Assembly: GCA_003561875.1 (NCBI GenBank)
Contig: PWVL01000075.1
Location: 2,042-66,041, forward strand
DNA: 64,000 nucleotides
Direction: 5' to 3'
DNA from: Desulfuromonadales bacterium
GTDB taxonomy: Bacteria > Desulfobacterota > Desulfuromonadia > Desulfuromonadales > Syntrophotaleaceae
A program made the translations under genes and the position numbers. Of this stretch, positions 30,553 to 39,387 are shown one piece after another. The first letter of the stretch is position 1; each line of letters starts with the position of its first letter. The notes beneath the pieces were generated by a model, which had not been told where the DNA came from, searched no databases, and worked only from the letters and a program-made list of their open reading frames with translations.

Positions 30553-31418
30553 CCTTCATGGCTATCCTGCGCCGTTGTTGCGGACGCCGCATCGGCCGGT
30601 GGCTGGGCATGTGCGTGCTGCTGCTGATTGCCGCGCTGGCCGTCTATTACCGAACCTTTCCCCGCCAGACCCTCCGGGACCGTCTGCAACAGGAAATAGC
30701 CCAGGCTGGGCTGGCGGAAATCCGCCTGGCGACTCCGACCCTGTTGTTCCCTCCTGGTCTGAACTTTCCCCGGGCGGATCTGCTGGTGAGCGAAACACCC
30801 CGTCGGGAACTGCCATTGCGACAGCTACGTGTCATCCCCCTCTGGTTTTCCCTGGTGGGGGATCGTCCCGGGCTGCGCTTCCGCGCCGAGCTTCACGGGG
30901 GAACTCTGAGCGGCAATCTGCGCCGCAATGGTGAAGCAGAGCTCAAAGCCGAGGGGATTGCGTTGCGGGAAGTTCTTCGGGACGAATCCGGCCCGCTCCT
31001 GCAGGCGACCGTGAGTCGCGGCCGCTTTGAGGGAATGCTGCCCCTGGACCTGCCGGGCGACCGATTGCTGGAACTGACCCTGGAGCAGATCCAGCTGACC
31101 GGACTGGAAACCTATGGTGTCGCCGAGGGCCGCCTTGACCTGGGCCGATTGCACCTGCAGGTCGAAGGCAGAGGCGCTACTTTGAACGTGCGGGAAATGT
31201 CTCTGCAAGGGGGCGCACTGGAAGGTCGGGGGCAGGGCACCCTGCTCCTCGGCCCTTCCCCGGCCGCCACGCGCCTCAACCTGACCCTGGAACTGCGTCC
31301 CGGCGACACGCTGGATGCCAGCCTGCGGGAGCTGCTGCTCCTGCTCGGTAGCGGCACCGGGGATGGCGGTCGCATTCTGCGCCTTTCGGGAAGCCTGCGG
31401 CAGCCGGCGCTGCGCTGA
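30549..31418 (+). CDS. gspN: Type II secretion protein GspN
   Basis: 289 aa with an N-terminal TM segment. 4-nt overlap with gspM. It is the last gene of the operon and the GspN length fits. Confidence 0.75.
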   Translation: MTFMAILRRCCGRRIGRWLGMCVLLLIAALAVYYRTFPRQTLRDRLQQEIAQAGLAEIRLATPTLLFPPGLNFPRADLLVSETPRRELPLRQLRVIPLWFSLVGDRPGLRFRAELHGGTLSGNLRRNGEAELKAEGIALREVLRDESGPLLQATVSRGRFEGMLPLDLPGDRLLELTLEQIQLTGLETYGVAEGRLDLGRLHLQVEGRGATLNVREMSLQGGALEGRGQGTLLLGPSPAATRLNLTLELRPGDTLDASLRELLLLLGSGTGDGGRILRLSGSLRQPALR

Positions 31419-31534
31419 ACCGTTGGTTTTTCAGCGGACCCGGAGATTCCGGAGTCCGGCGGTTGACTTTCCTGCTCGCAATGATTAGCTTGCCTGCAAT
31501 CGCATTAATGCCACTTGCAAGGAGATCAGATTTC

Positions 31535-34012
31535 ATGAGTGACGAACAGGAAACGCCGGAAGACAACATTCCTTATCTCGACAGCGACGGCAACTATATC
31601 GAACCGGAGTCGGAAGACGAGCAAGCGGATCACCAGGGTGATGCCCTGGTGCTGGCCAGCGACTCGCTACCGTCGGTTCTGCCGATCATTCTGCTGCGAC
31701 CCCGTCCCGCTTTTCCAGGTACTCTGGTTCCCATGGTGCTGAGCGGCAAACCGCAGTTGGCCATGGCCCGGCAGGCGGCGGAGAGTACTGCCAAAACCCT
31801 CGGCTTCGTGCTGGCCAGAGACCCGGAAGAGCCCGATTCACCCGACAACATGTACCGCATCGGCGTGGTCGGAAAGATCATGAAGGTGCTGCATTCGGAC
31901 GACAACAGCATTCACCTGCTGATGAATTGCCTGGAGCGCTTCAGCGTCACCGAAGTGCTTCCTTCTCCCCAGGGTCTGTTCGCCCGTGTCCACTATCATC
32001 TTGCCGCAGAATTATCCGTCAACTCGGAACTGCAGGCCTATTCCATGGCCATCATTACCGCGCTGAAGGAACTGGTTCAGATCAACCCTCTGTACTCGGA
32101 GGAGATCAAGCTGTTCCTCAACCGCCAGAGTATGGACGATCCGGGAAGACTGTCTGATTTTGCCGCCAACCTTACCTCCAGCGACGGACCGGAACTGCAG
32201 CAGATTCTGGAAACCTTCGATGTCCGTAAACGCATCGACAAGGTGCTGGTGTTGCTGAAAAAAGAGCTGGAGGTTTCCCGACTGCAGACCAAGATTTCCA
32301 AGCAGATCGAAGCCAAGGTTTCCAAGCAGCAGCGAGATTTCTTCCTACGCGAGCAACTCAAGGAAATCAAAAAGGAACTCGGCCTGGAAAAAGAGGGCAA
32401 GACCAGCGAAATTGAAAAATTCCAGAAACGTCTGGAGAAGTTGAAACTCAACGAGGAAGCAGCCAAGACCATCGCCGAGGAGATAGAAAAGCTTCGTCTT
32501 CTGGAGCCCTCTTCCCCTGAATACAATGTCTGCCGCAACTATCTGGACTGGCTGACTATTCTTCCCTGGGGCAAGTTCAGCAGGGATTCTTACGATCTGG
32601 GACGGGCACGCAAGATTCTCGACCGGGATCACTACGGACTCAAGGATGTCAAGGACCGGATTCTGGAATTCATCGCCGTGGGGAAAATGAAGGGCGACAT
32701 TTCCGGTTCCATTATCTGCCTGGTGGGCCCTCCCGGAGTTGGCAAGACCTCGGTGGGTAAAAGCATCGCCAGCGCCCTGAATCGCTCCTTCTACCGCTTT
32801 TCCCTCGGCGGCATGCGAGATGAAGCCGAGATCAAGGGGCACCGCCGCACCTATATCGGCGCCATGCCCGGCCGCTTTATCCAGGCCATGAAGAGCGCCG
32901 GCACCGCCAACGCCCTGCTGATGCTGGATGAAATAGACAAGATCGGCGCCTCTTTCCAGGGAGACCCAGCCTCGGCCCTGCTTGAGGTCCTCGACCCGGA
33001 GCAGAACGTAACTTTCCGGGATCATTACCTGGACGTGCCCTTCGATCTGTCCAATGTGCTGTTTGTAGCCACCGCCAACACCCTGGACAGCATTCCCGCG
33101 CCGCTTCTCGATCGCATGGAGGTCATTCGCCTGGCCGGATACATCCTCGAGGAAAAACTTGAGATCGCCCGCCGTTATCTGATCCCCAAGGCACTGAAAA
33201 ACCACGGTCTGGAAAAGACCCAGGTCAGCATTCGCAAGGACGCCCTGCGTTACATCATCGACGGCTATGCTCGGGAAGCGGGGGTGCGCTCCCTGGAAAA
33301 CCTGATCAAGAAAATCATGCGCAAAGCCGCCATGGCTTTTGCCGAAGGCAGGACCGAACGGGTGGTCATCGGCAAACAGCAGGTGGAAGAGTATCTGGGC
33401 AAGGCGGTTTTCTCTAAGGAAGAGCTTTTTGAAGGGGTTCCCGGGGTTGTTACCGGGCTGGCCTGGACGGCCATGGGGGGGGCCACCCTGCAAATCGAGG
33501 CCACCGCCATGCCGAGCAAAAACAAGGGTTTCAAACAGACCGGCCAACTCGGCAACGTCATGGTTGAAAGTAGCGAGATCGCCTACTCCTACATCATGGC
33601 TCACCTGCAGGATTTCGGAGCCGACCCCGATTACTTTGACAAGCACTTCGTGCATCTGCACGTGCCTGCCGGAGCCACTCCCAAGGACGGTCCTTCGGCG
33701 GGAATCACCATGACCACCGCGCTTTTGTCCATGATCACCGGCAAGCCGGTGTTGCCGAAGCTCGGCATGACCGGCGAACTGACCCTTTGCGGGCGGGTTC
33801 TGCCCATCGGCGGGGTCAAGGAAAAAACTATCGCGGTGCGCAGGGCGGGATTGAAAACCGTTATTTTCCCCGCAGAAAACCGGAAAAACTTCGACGAGCT
33901 ACCCGAATATCTCAAAGAAGGACTCGAAGTACATTTCGCCCGGGACTATCAGGACGTCTGCCGCATCGCTTTCGGCGAGAACTGCCCTGTCAGCAGCCGC
34001 CAGGAGGTTTGA
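31535..34012 (+). CDS. lon: ATP-dependent Lon protease
   Basis: LON N-domain, Walker A GPPGVGKTS, and the catalytic PKDGPSAGITM serine with ...GGVKEKTIAVRRAG. AGGAG lies upstream of ATG 31535. There is an acidic N-terminal extension of about 50 aa. Confidence 0.96.
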   Translation: MSDEQETPEDNIPYLDSDGNYIEPESEDEQADHQGDALVLASDSLPSVLPIILLRPRPAFPGTLVPMVLSGKPQLAMARQAAESTAKTLGFVLARDPEEPDSPDNMYRIGVVGKIMKVLHSDDNSIHLLMNCLERFSVTEVLPSPQGLFARVHYHLAAELSVNSELQAYSMAIITALKELVQINPLYSEEIKLFLNRQSMDDPGRLSDFAANLTSSDGPELQQILETFDVRKRIDKVLVLLKKELEVSRLQTKISKQIEAKVSKQQRDFFLREQLKEIKKELGLEKEGKTSEIEKFQKRLEKLKLNEEAAKTIAEEIEKLRLLEPSSPEYNVCRNYLDWLTILPWGKFSRDSYDLGRARKILDRDHYGLKDVKDRILEFIAVGKMKGDISGSIICLVGPPGVGKTSVGKSIASALNRSFYRFSLGGMRDEAEIKGHRRTYIGAMPGRFIQAMKSAGTANALLMLDEIDKIGASFQGDPASALLEVLDPEQNVTFRDHYLDVPFDLSNVLFVATANTLDSIPAPLLDRMEVIRLAGYILEEKLEIARRYLIPKALKNHGLEKTQVSIRKDALRYIIDGYAREAGVRSLENLIKKIMRKAAMAFAEGRTERVVIGKQQVEEYLGKAVFSKEELFEGVPGVVTGLAWTAMGGATLQIEATAMPSKNKGFKQTGQLGNVMVESSEIAYSYIMAHLQDFGADPDYFDKHFVHLHVPAGATPKDGPSAGITMTTALLSMITGKPVLPKLGMTGELTLCGRVLPIGGVKEKTIAVRRAGLKTVIFPAENRKNFDELPEYLKEGLEVHFARDYQDVCRIAFGENCPVSSRQEV

Positions 34013-34014
34013 TC

Positions 34015-34254
34015 ATGACATCTGCAGAACTCGCCGTCGCGCTGCAAAATCTTGACAGCGACAGCCGCAAGGCCCTGCTGCTGGAGATCCTGCCCGACCT
34101 GGCCCGCGAGGCCCTCCAGGATCAGGCCTTTCTGCTGCGATTGTTTCCCGTATTTCTCGAACTGCTGCAACAAAGCGGGCTCGATCCCCAACATTTGCTG
34201 CAAATGGCCGGTCTGATTTCCACCTCGGATTCGGCAGGCTTGAGGGGCCTTTAA
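34015..34254 (+). CDS. Hypothetical small helical protein (79 aa)
   Basis: ATG sits 2 nt after the lon stop with CAGGAGG 7 nt upstream. It is in frame with the tail of track ORF 33787..34254. No recognisable domain. Confidence 0.45.
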   Translation: MTSAELAVALQNLDSDSRKALLLEILPDLAREALQDQAFLLRLFPVFLELLQQSGLDPQHLLQMAGLISTSDSAGLRGL

Positions 34255-34268
34255 GGGAGATTTGATCA

Positions 34269-34297
34269 TTGACGATCTGCTCCGGAACTGGTAATTT
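34269..34297 (+). promoter_or_regulatory. Candidate sigma-70 promoter of the trpS leader
   Basis: TTGACG (34269-34274), a 17-nt spacer, then TAATTT (34292-34297). Confidence 0.4.
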
Positions 34298-34303
34298 GTC
34301 GGC

Positions 34304-34555
34304 GTCGCAAGCCGATGACACAGTGTTTTGGTTTCTCCGGAGCCTTCTGGCCGGCCGTTTTTGAGGATTTTGCACCCTATCGCGGGTCCTGTCCGATTAC
34401 CCTGAAAACTCATCGCATTGGGACAGTCCCTGCGCCCTGTTGGTGGCGGTAAGGCCTCTTGGCCTGACACGGTTCGCGACCTGACCACGCCGCCAGTGCC
34501 ATGGGGCGATGGAAACAAACACCAAAGCCGCGGCCCTGAAGGACCGCGGCTTTTT
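34304..34555 (+). promoter_or_regulatory. Candidate trpS leader/attenuator: 45-codon uORF ending Cys-Trp-Trp-Arg-stop, followed by an intrinsic terminator
   Basis: uORF ATG 34315 to TAA 34450-34452 with tandem TGG TGG at 34441-34446. UGGCGG (34444-34449) can pair with CCGCCA (34490-34495). The terminator is at 34526-34555, 90 nt before the trpS ATG. Confidence 0.35.
34526..34555 (+). terminator. Intrinsic terminator between the small ORF/leader and trpS
   Basis: AGCCGCGGcCC-UGAA-GGaCCGCGGCU (8+2 bp) followed by TTTTT. Confidence 0.7.
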
Positions 34556-34645
34556 AACTTCTGCTGCTTTTACCTGAAAGTCACAGGGTGATGGGCCGGA
34601 CCGCCACCGCCTTGCTCTCCGTAAACCGGCAACGAGGTATCGACC

Positions 34646-35611
34646 ATGCGCGTTCTTTCCGGCATCCAACCCTCCGGCTCCCTGCATCTGGGCAACTATT
34701 TCGGCATGATGCAAAAAATGATCGCCTACCAGGAGCAGCAGGAACTGTATTGTTTTATTGCCAATTATCATGCCATGACCAGTGTCAGCGACGGCAAGAC
34801 CCTGGCCAGCGGCACCCTGGAAGCGGCAGCCAACTTTCTGGCTTTGGGGCTGGATCCGGAAAAAAGTATGTTCTGGGTCCAGTCCGACGTCCCCGAAGTC
34901 CAGGAGCTGACCTGGATCCTGTCCAACTTCACACCCATGGGACTGCTGGAGCGATGCCACAGCTACAAGGACAAGATTGCCCGAGGCGCTGCTGCAAATC
35001 ACGGACTGTTCGCCTATCCGGTGCTCATGTCTGCGGACATTCTGCTGTTCCAGAGTGAAAAGGTTCCCGTGGGCAGGGACCAGAAGCAGCATGTCGAGGT
35101 CACCCGCGACATCGCCATCAAATTCAACAATGAATACGGCGATATCTTCACCCTGCCGGAAGCGGAGATCGACGACCAGGTGGCCACGGTACCGGGCCTC
35201 GACGGCCAGAAGATGAGCAAGAGCTACAAGAACACCATCGACCTGTTTCTCGATGAAAAGCCCCTGCGCAAGCAAATCATGCGCATCGTCACCGATCCGA
35301 CTCCGGTGGAGGAACCCAAAAATCCGGACGCCTGTAACGTTTTTCAGATCTTCCGGCTGTTTCTCGACAAAGAGCAGGAGTCCTCCCTGCGACGACGCTA
35401 CCTGGTCGGCGGCCTCGGCTACGGTGAGGTCAAGCAGGAACTGTTCGAAACGGTGCGCGACTTTTTCGCCCCCTACACCGAGCGGCGCAGGGTTCTGCTG
35501 GCCGAGAAGGAGGAATTGCGGCGCATTCTTTCCTGGGGCGCTGAAAAGGCCCGGCAAGTAGCCGCCCGGACCTTGACTAAAGTCCGAAAAAAAACCGGCT
35601 TGAGCTACTGA
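34646..35611 (+). CDS. trpS: Tryptophan--tRNA ligase
   Basis: MRVLSGIQPSGSLHLGNYFG (HIGH-type motif), KMSKS and 321 aa. GAGG lies 9 nt upstream. Confidence 0.96.
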   Translation: MRVLSGIQPSGSLHLGNYFGMMQKMIAYQEQQELYCFIANYHAMTSVSDGKTLASGTLEAAANFLALGLDPEKSMFWVQSDVPEVQELTWILSNFTPMGLLERCHSYKDKIARGAAANHGLFAYPVLMSADILLFQSEKVPVGRDQKQHVEVTRDIAIKFNNEYGDIFTLPEAEIDDQVATVPGLDGQKMSKSYKNTIDLFLDEKPLRKQIMRIVTDPTPVEEPKNPDACNVFQIFRLFLDKEQESSLRRRYLVGGLGYGEVKQELFETVRDFFAPYTERRRVLLAEKEELRRILSWGAEKARQVAARTLTKVRKKTGLSY

Positions 35612-35698
35612 ACAGACAAGCTCCCCGCCCGTAAGCAACAGACAGCACCGGTTCGATCTTCTGTTCGACCCCCTGCAGTCTTTTGTTATAGTAGCAAC

Positions 35699-35735
35699 AG
35701 GGAGCAAGGTGCTCTTTGTTTTTTTGCTCCTTTTT
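35699..35735 (+). terminator. Probable intrinsic terminator after trpS
   Basis: GGGAGC-aaggt-GCTCTT followed by a T-rich tract. An alternative outer stem is GGAGCAA/TTGCTCC followed by TTTTT. Confidence 0.45.
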
Positions 35736-35791
35736 GCCGGGCACGATAGCCCGACCGAAACCGTTTATTCCCTTAAAGAAAAAGAGGACCT

Positions 35792-35968
35792 ATGAGCATC
35801 GTTCGCAAATGGTATTGCAGCTGCAGCGGGACCCCAGTTGAACTTGTCGCCACGGAATTGACAGAGGACGAGCCTCTGGAACCAGCTTGCCAGATCTGTG
35901 GAGCGACTCCTTCATCCGACCCAAAGAGGACTGTTCATTACCAGGACATCGAAGAATGGGACGACTGA
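35792..35968 (+). CDS. Hypothetical 58-aa zinc-ribbon-like protein (too short for the ORF track)
   Basis: My own translation: MSIVRKWYCSCSGTPVELVATELTEDEPLEPACQICGATPSSDPKRTVHYQDIEEWDD. It has CxC...CxxC, and AAGAGGA lies 5 nt upstream of the ATG. Confidence 0.45.
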   Translation: MSIVRKWYCSCSGTPVELVATELTEDEPLEPACQICGATPSSDPKRTVHYQDIEEWDD

Positions 35969-36001
35969 AAGGGCAGATTGCGACAGACTCCGTTCTACGC
36001 G

Positions 36002-36202
36002 CTAAAGCCCGGGTTCGCGGCAGTCACCATCGACTGCCGCCCGGGTAAAAAGCACAAAAGCCATGGCCGGACGCTTGCTGGCCTCGCGCATGGCGAACAG
36101 CATGCTTTCGTAATTCCAGCCAGCCCCGGTCCACCGGTTGAGAATCACCTCCAGGGCTTCGTCCGTCACCAAACTGGTTTCCACTACCTTGTATTCCACC
36201 AT
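36002..36202 (-). CDS. DUF4177 domain-containing protein
   Basis: MVEYKVVETS...LNRWTGAGWNYESM... matches the small DUF4177 pattern as recalled. 66 aa. Confidence 0.65.
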   Translation of the reverse strand: MVEYKVVETSLVTDEALEVILNRWTGAGWNYESMLFAMREASKRPAMAFVLFTRAAVDGDCREPGL

Positions 36203-36326
36203 TGTTTGATCCTTCCACCAGGGGCTCAGGCGCCGCTATTACTGGGACCTGGCGAACTCTCCTGCCCGTTAAAACAAGAAACGGCACAAGGCCGTCTCGC
36301 TGCTGGTAGCTGGTTTCCGCAAACCG

Positions 36327-37913
36327 CTAACGCTGCTCGCGGGTCTTATTGAAACGGATCTTCGGCCACTGTTCGATGGTGTGCCCGAGACGCCACTCAC
36401 TGGAGGCAAGAAAGGTCAGGCCCCCTTCCGCATCCCAGGCCAAACTGGGCTGATTTTTCCTTTCGAATTCCTTGAGTTCCTTGCCGTCGTCGCTCTCCAC
36501 CCAGCGGACTGTGGCATACTCCACTCCTTCAAAAAGGGCTTCGACTCCATACTCGTTCTTCAGCCGGGACAAAATCACGTCAAACTGCAGCACTCCCACA
36601 GCGCCCAGAATGTAATCACTGTTGATCAGAGGCCGAAACAACTGCACGGCTCCTTCCTCTGCCAACTGGGTCAGTCCCTTCTCCAACTGCTTGGTCTTGA
36701 GAGGATTGTTCAGCCGCACCCGCCGAAAATGCTCCGGAGCAAAGCTCGGAATACCGACAAACTTGAGCGGTTCTTTGTCGCTGAAGGTGTCGCCGATCTT
36801 GATGGTGCCGTGGTTGTGCAGGCCGATGATGTCTCCGGGAAAAGCTTCCTCCACGTGACTGCGATCCTGGGCCATGAAAATGGTGGCGTTGGCCAAGGTC
36901 ACCTCTTTGCCGATGCGGTGGTGGCGGACTTTCATACCTCGCCGGAAAGTCCCGGAACAGATACGCAGAAAAGCGATACGGTCACGGTGGGCAGGATCCA
37001 TGTTTGCCTGAATCTTGAACACAAAACCGGAAAACGCCTCTTCATGAGGCAATACTTTTCGAGTCACGGCCCGGGCCGGACGGGGCGCCGGAGCCTGCTC
37101 GACAAAGGCATCCAGCAACTCTTCAACACCGAAATTGTTGATGGCGCTGCCGAAAAAGACCGGTGTCTGATTGCCCTTGAGGTAGTGTTCGGGATCGAAA
37201 GGATTGGCCGCTCCCTCCAGCAGGGCAACGTCTTCACGCAATTCATCGGCCTGGCTGCCGAGCAATTCATCAAGGCGTGGATCGGCCAGATCTTCAATGA
37301 CAATCGCGTCCCGGTGTCGAGTTTCCTGACCGGGAGTAAACAGCGACAGGCGTTTGCGATAGAGGTTGTAGGTTCCCTTGAAGCGCTTGCCCATGCCGAT
37401 GGGCCAGGACAGGGGAGCACACTCTATCTGCAGGGTTTCCTCGATGTCGGCCAGCAGGTCCAGGGGCGCCAGTCCTTCACGGTCCAGTTTGTTAATGAAG
37501 GTCATGATCGGTGTGTTACGCATCCGGCAGACTTCCATCAGCTTGCGGGTCTGGGTTTCCACACCCTTGGCACTGTCGATCACCATCAGGGCGCTGTCGA
37601 CAGCGGTCAGAACCCGGTAGGTATCTTCCGAAAAATCCTGGTGTCCGGGAGTGTCCAGCAGGTTGATCTCATAATCCCGATAATTGAACTTCATGACCGA
37701 GGAGGTGACCGAAATGCCCCGTTCCTGCTCCATGGCCATCCAGTCGCTGGTAGCATGGCGCGAGGCCTTGCGGGCCTTGACCGAACCGGCCATCTGAATG
37801 GCCCCGCCAAACAACAGCAATTTTTCCGTCAAGGTAGTCTTGCCGGCGTCGGGATGACTGATAATGCCGAAAGTGCGTCGGCTGTCGACTTCCCTGCGAT
37901 GATTCTTGCTCAC
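36327..37913 (-). CDS. prfC: Peptide chain release factor 3
   Basis: [29 protein letters not shown] (G1 motif), DTPGHQDF and NKLDR. GTG start at 37913 with AAGAGG 7 nt upstream. The 5' extension of track ORF 36327..37970 is not homologous. Confidence 0.95.
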   Translation of the reverse strand: MSKNHRREVDSRRTFGIISHPDAGKTTLTEKLLLFGGAIQMAGSVKARKASRHATSDWMAMEQERGISVTSSVMKFNYRDYEINLLDTPGHQDFSEDTYRVLTAVDSALMVIDSAKGVETQTRKLMEVCRMRNTPIMTFINKLDREGLAPLDLLADIEETLQIECAPLSWPIGMGKRFKGTYNLYRKRLSLFTPGQETRHRDAIVIEDLADPRLDELLGSQADELREDVALLEGAANPFDPEHYLKGNQTPVFFGSAINNFGVEELLDAFVEQAPAPRPARAVTRKVLPHEEAFSGFVFKIQANMDPAHRDRIAFLRICSGTFRRGMKVRHHRIGKEVTLANATIFMAQDRSHVEEAFPGDIIGLHNHGTIKIGDTFSDKEPLKFVGIPSFAPEHFRRVRLNNPLKTKQLEKGLTQLAEEGAVQLFRPLINSDYILGAVGVLQFDVILSRLKNEYGVEALFEGVEYATVRWVESDDGKELKEFERKNQPSLAWDAEGGLTFLASSEWRLGHTIEQWPKIRFNKTREQR

Positions 37914-38051
37914 GAAACAACCTCTTGAGGGATGACGGAATCTCAACAGTGCGGAAAAACCCCATGTCAATCCGGACCATCAAAAAAACCACGGCAACCC
38001 AACGGATCTGTGGAACCGGCGGAAACCGCCTGGAGCCGTTGAAAACCCAAT

Positions 38052-38075
38052 AAAAAAACCGGGCCGAAAGGCCCG
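38052..38075 (-). terminator. Orphan intrinsic terminator in the prfC upstream gap
   Basis: Minus strand reads CGGGCC-UUUC-GGCCCG followed by GTTTTTTT. No minus-strand ORF lies upstream of it. Confidence 0.6.
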
Positions 38076-38086
38076 ATGGATGACGG

Positions 38087-38116
38087 ATCATAGCGCAAAA
38101 TGAGAAAAAAAGTCAA
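38087..38116 (-). promoter_or_regulatory. Candidate sigma-70 promoter (minus strand) just upstream of the orphan terminator
   Basis: Minus strand reads TTGACT (38116..38111), an 18-nt spacer, then TATGAT (38092..38087). Confidence 0.35.
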
Positions 38117-38424
38117 ACAGGCGGCGGGGCTTAAAAATGACAGTGATGCAGGCGATTTGACCCGAAGAGTGAACAAAGGCGCTACCAGAGGCCGCCGAGG
38201 GGCGCTTGTCTCGTTAATTTTCCCCCGCTTGCGACGACTCGAATAGTCCCCTCACTGCTTGTCATTTCAACACCTTTCCGAGGCAGGCATTTATCCCTTC
38301 CATTAAAACCGGCGCGGACAGAAAAAGATGGTCCGCTGATTGCGTATACCCTCAATGTCACACCTGCCTGCCCCGCTTTCCCGGCTGCTCCGACGGTTCC
38401 GGCTTGCTCGAAAGGATGTCTCCC

Positions 38425-39102
38425 ATGATCGGAAAGAACCGCCTGATTCTGCTGCTGGCCCCGATTCTGCTGCTGCTGACGGCGACGCCCGGCCTCTCCG
38501 ACCCCGGAGGGCTGGCCCTAAGTGTCAAGGCCGGCACCCTGGGAGCGGGGCTGGAGGGAACCGCCGGTCTGTTGCCAAGGATCAACTTCAGGGCCGCTGC
38601 CAACACCTTTCGGCTGAACTTTGACACATCGTCCCGGGACAACGAGTACCGTATGAAAACCCGGCTGCTTTCTTTTCCTGTCATTGCCGACTGGCACCCC
38701 TTCAAAACCTCGGCGTTACGAGTCTCCGGCGGCATGGTGCTCAATTACAACAAAGCGGATTTCCGGGGGAACACCCGCGATGGCATCACCATCGGCTCCA
38801 ACACCTATACCGCAGATCAGGTGGGAAAACTCACCGGCAAGGTCGATTTCAACAAGATCGCGCCCTACGCCGGCATTGGCTGGGGAAATCCTTTGGGAAA
38901 AAACGGACGCTGGTCCCTGAGCTGCGATGTGGGGGTAGTGTTCCAGGGCAAGGCTCGGGTGGACATGTTCGCCAGCGGTCCGATCGCTTCCGACCCCAAC
39001 TTTCAGGCCGATCTGGAACGGGAAAAACGGAACCTGAAGGAGCGACTGGAAGACTACAGGTATTACCCAGTGATAGCTCTCGGCATCAACTACCGATTTT
39101 AA
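38425..39102 (+). CDS. Outer-membrane beta-barrel protein (small porin-like, family not identified)
   Basis: Signal peptide MIGKNRLILLLAPILLLLTATPGLS, alternating strands and a terminal ...ALGINYRF (C-terminal Phe). Confidence 0.7.
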   Translation: MIGKNRLILLLAPILLLLTATPGLSDPGGLALSVKAGTLGAGLEGTAGLLPRINFRAAANTFRLNFDTSSRDNEYRMKTRLLSFPVIADWHPFKTSALRVSGGMVLNYNKADFRGNTRDGITIGSNTYTADQVGKLTGKVDFNKIAPYAGIGWGNPLGKNGRWSLSCDVGVVFQGKARVDMFASGPIASDPNFQADLEREKRNLKERLEDYRYYPVIALGINYRF

Positions 39103-39387
39103 GCACAAGGGATTTTCGGATTTACCTGACCTGCTACACCACAAAGACAGCGAGTACCGACCTTGCGGAGGCAATTTTCCCCTTCACGCCCCGCCACTGC
39201 CCGTGCCTTTTTGCACCTGCCCCGAGATAACCCGACCACCGTCGTGTCAGCCAGCCCCCGGCTTCAGGGGGACGGCAAGGCGCCGATCCTTTGCCTTTCC
39301 CTCAGGGACAGGGAACTTTCGACACATTCCGCCGGACAGCGTAAGCAGCGGACTATTCGGGCAACCGGAATTTATCACCAGACCGCT

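Noticed and set aside
32345-33661. 438-aa minus-strand ORF
   Set aside because: It is antisense to lon. The same reasoning applies to 34397..35707 (antisense to trpS), 56147..57244 (antisense to the permease gene), 5641..6996 and 4579..5592 (antisense to glyS/glyQ), and 21656..22513 (antisense to gspD).
34300-34560. T-box riboswitch upstream of trpS
   Set aside because: I looked for the T-box consensus (AAUNNGGGUGGUACCGCG), an AG bulge/GA motif and a UGG specifier loop. The closest string, GUUGGUGGCGGUAAGG, does not match, and no antiterminator involving it could be drawn. The leader-peptide hypothesis is kept instead.
36381-37928. 515-aa plus-strand ORF
   Set aside because: It is antisense to prfC, which has unambiguous GTPase motifs. 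It is a shadow ORF.
38238-38251. tmRNA-like 5' end (minus strand GGGGACTATTCGAG)
   Set aside because: It resembles the GGGG...UUCGAC start of ssrA. However, there is no tag reading frame, no T-arm/CCA 3' end, and only about 200 nt before the terminator. It is not tmRNA.
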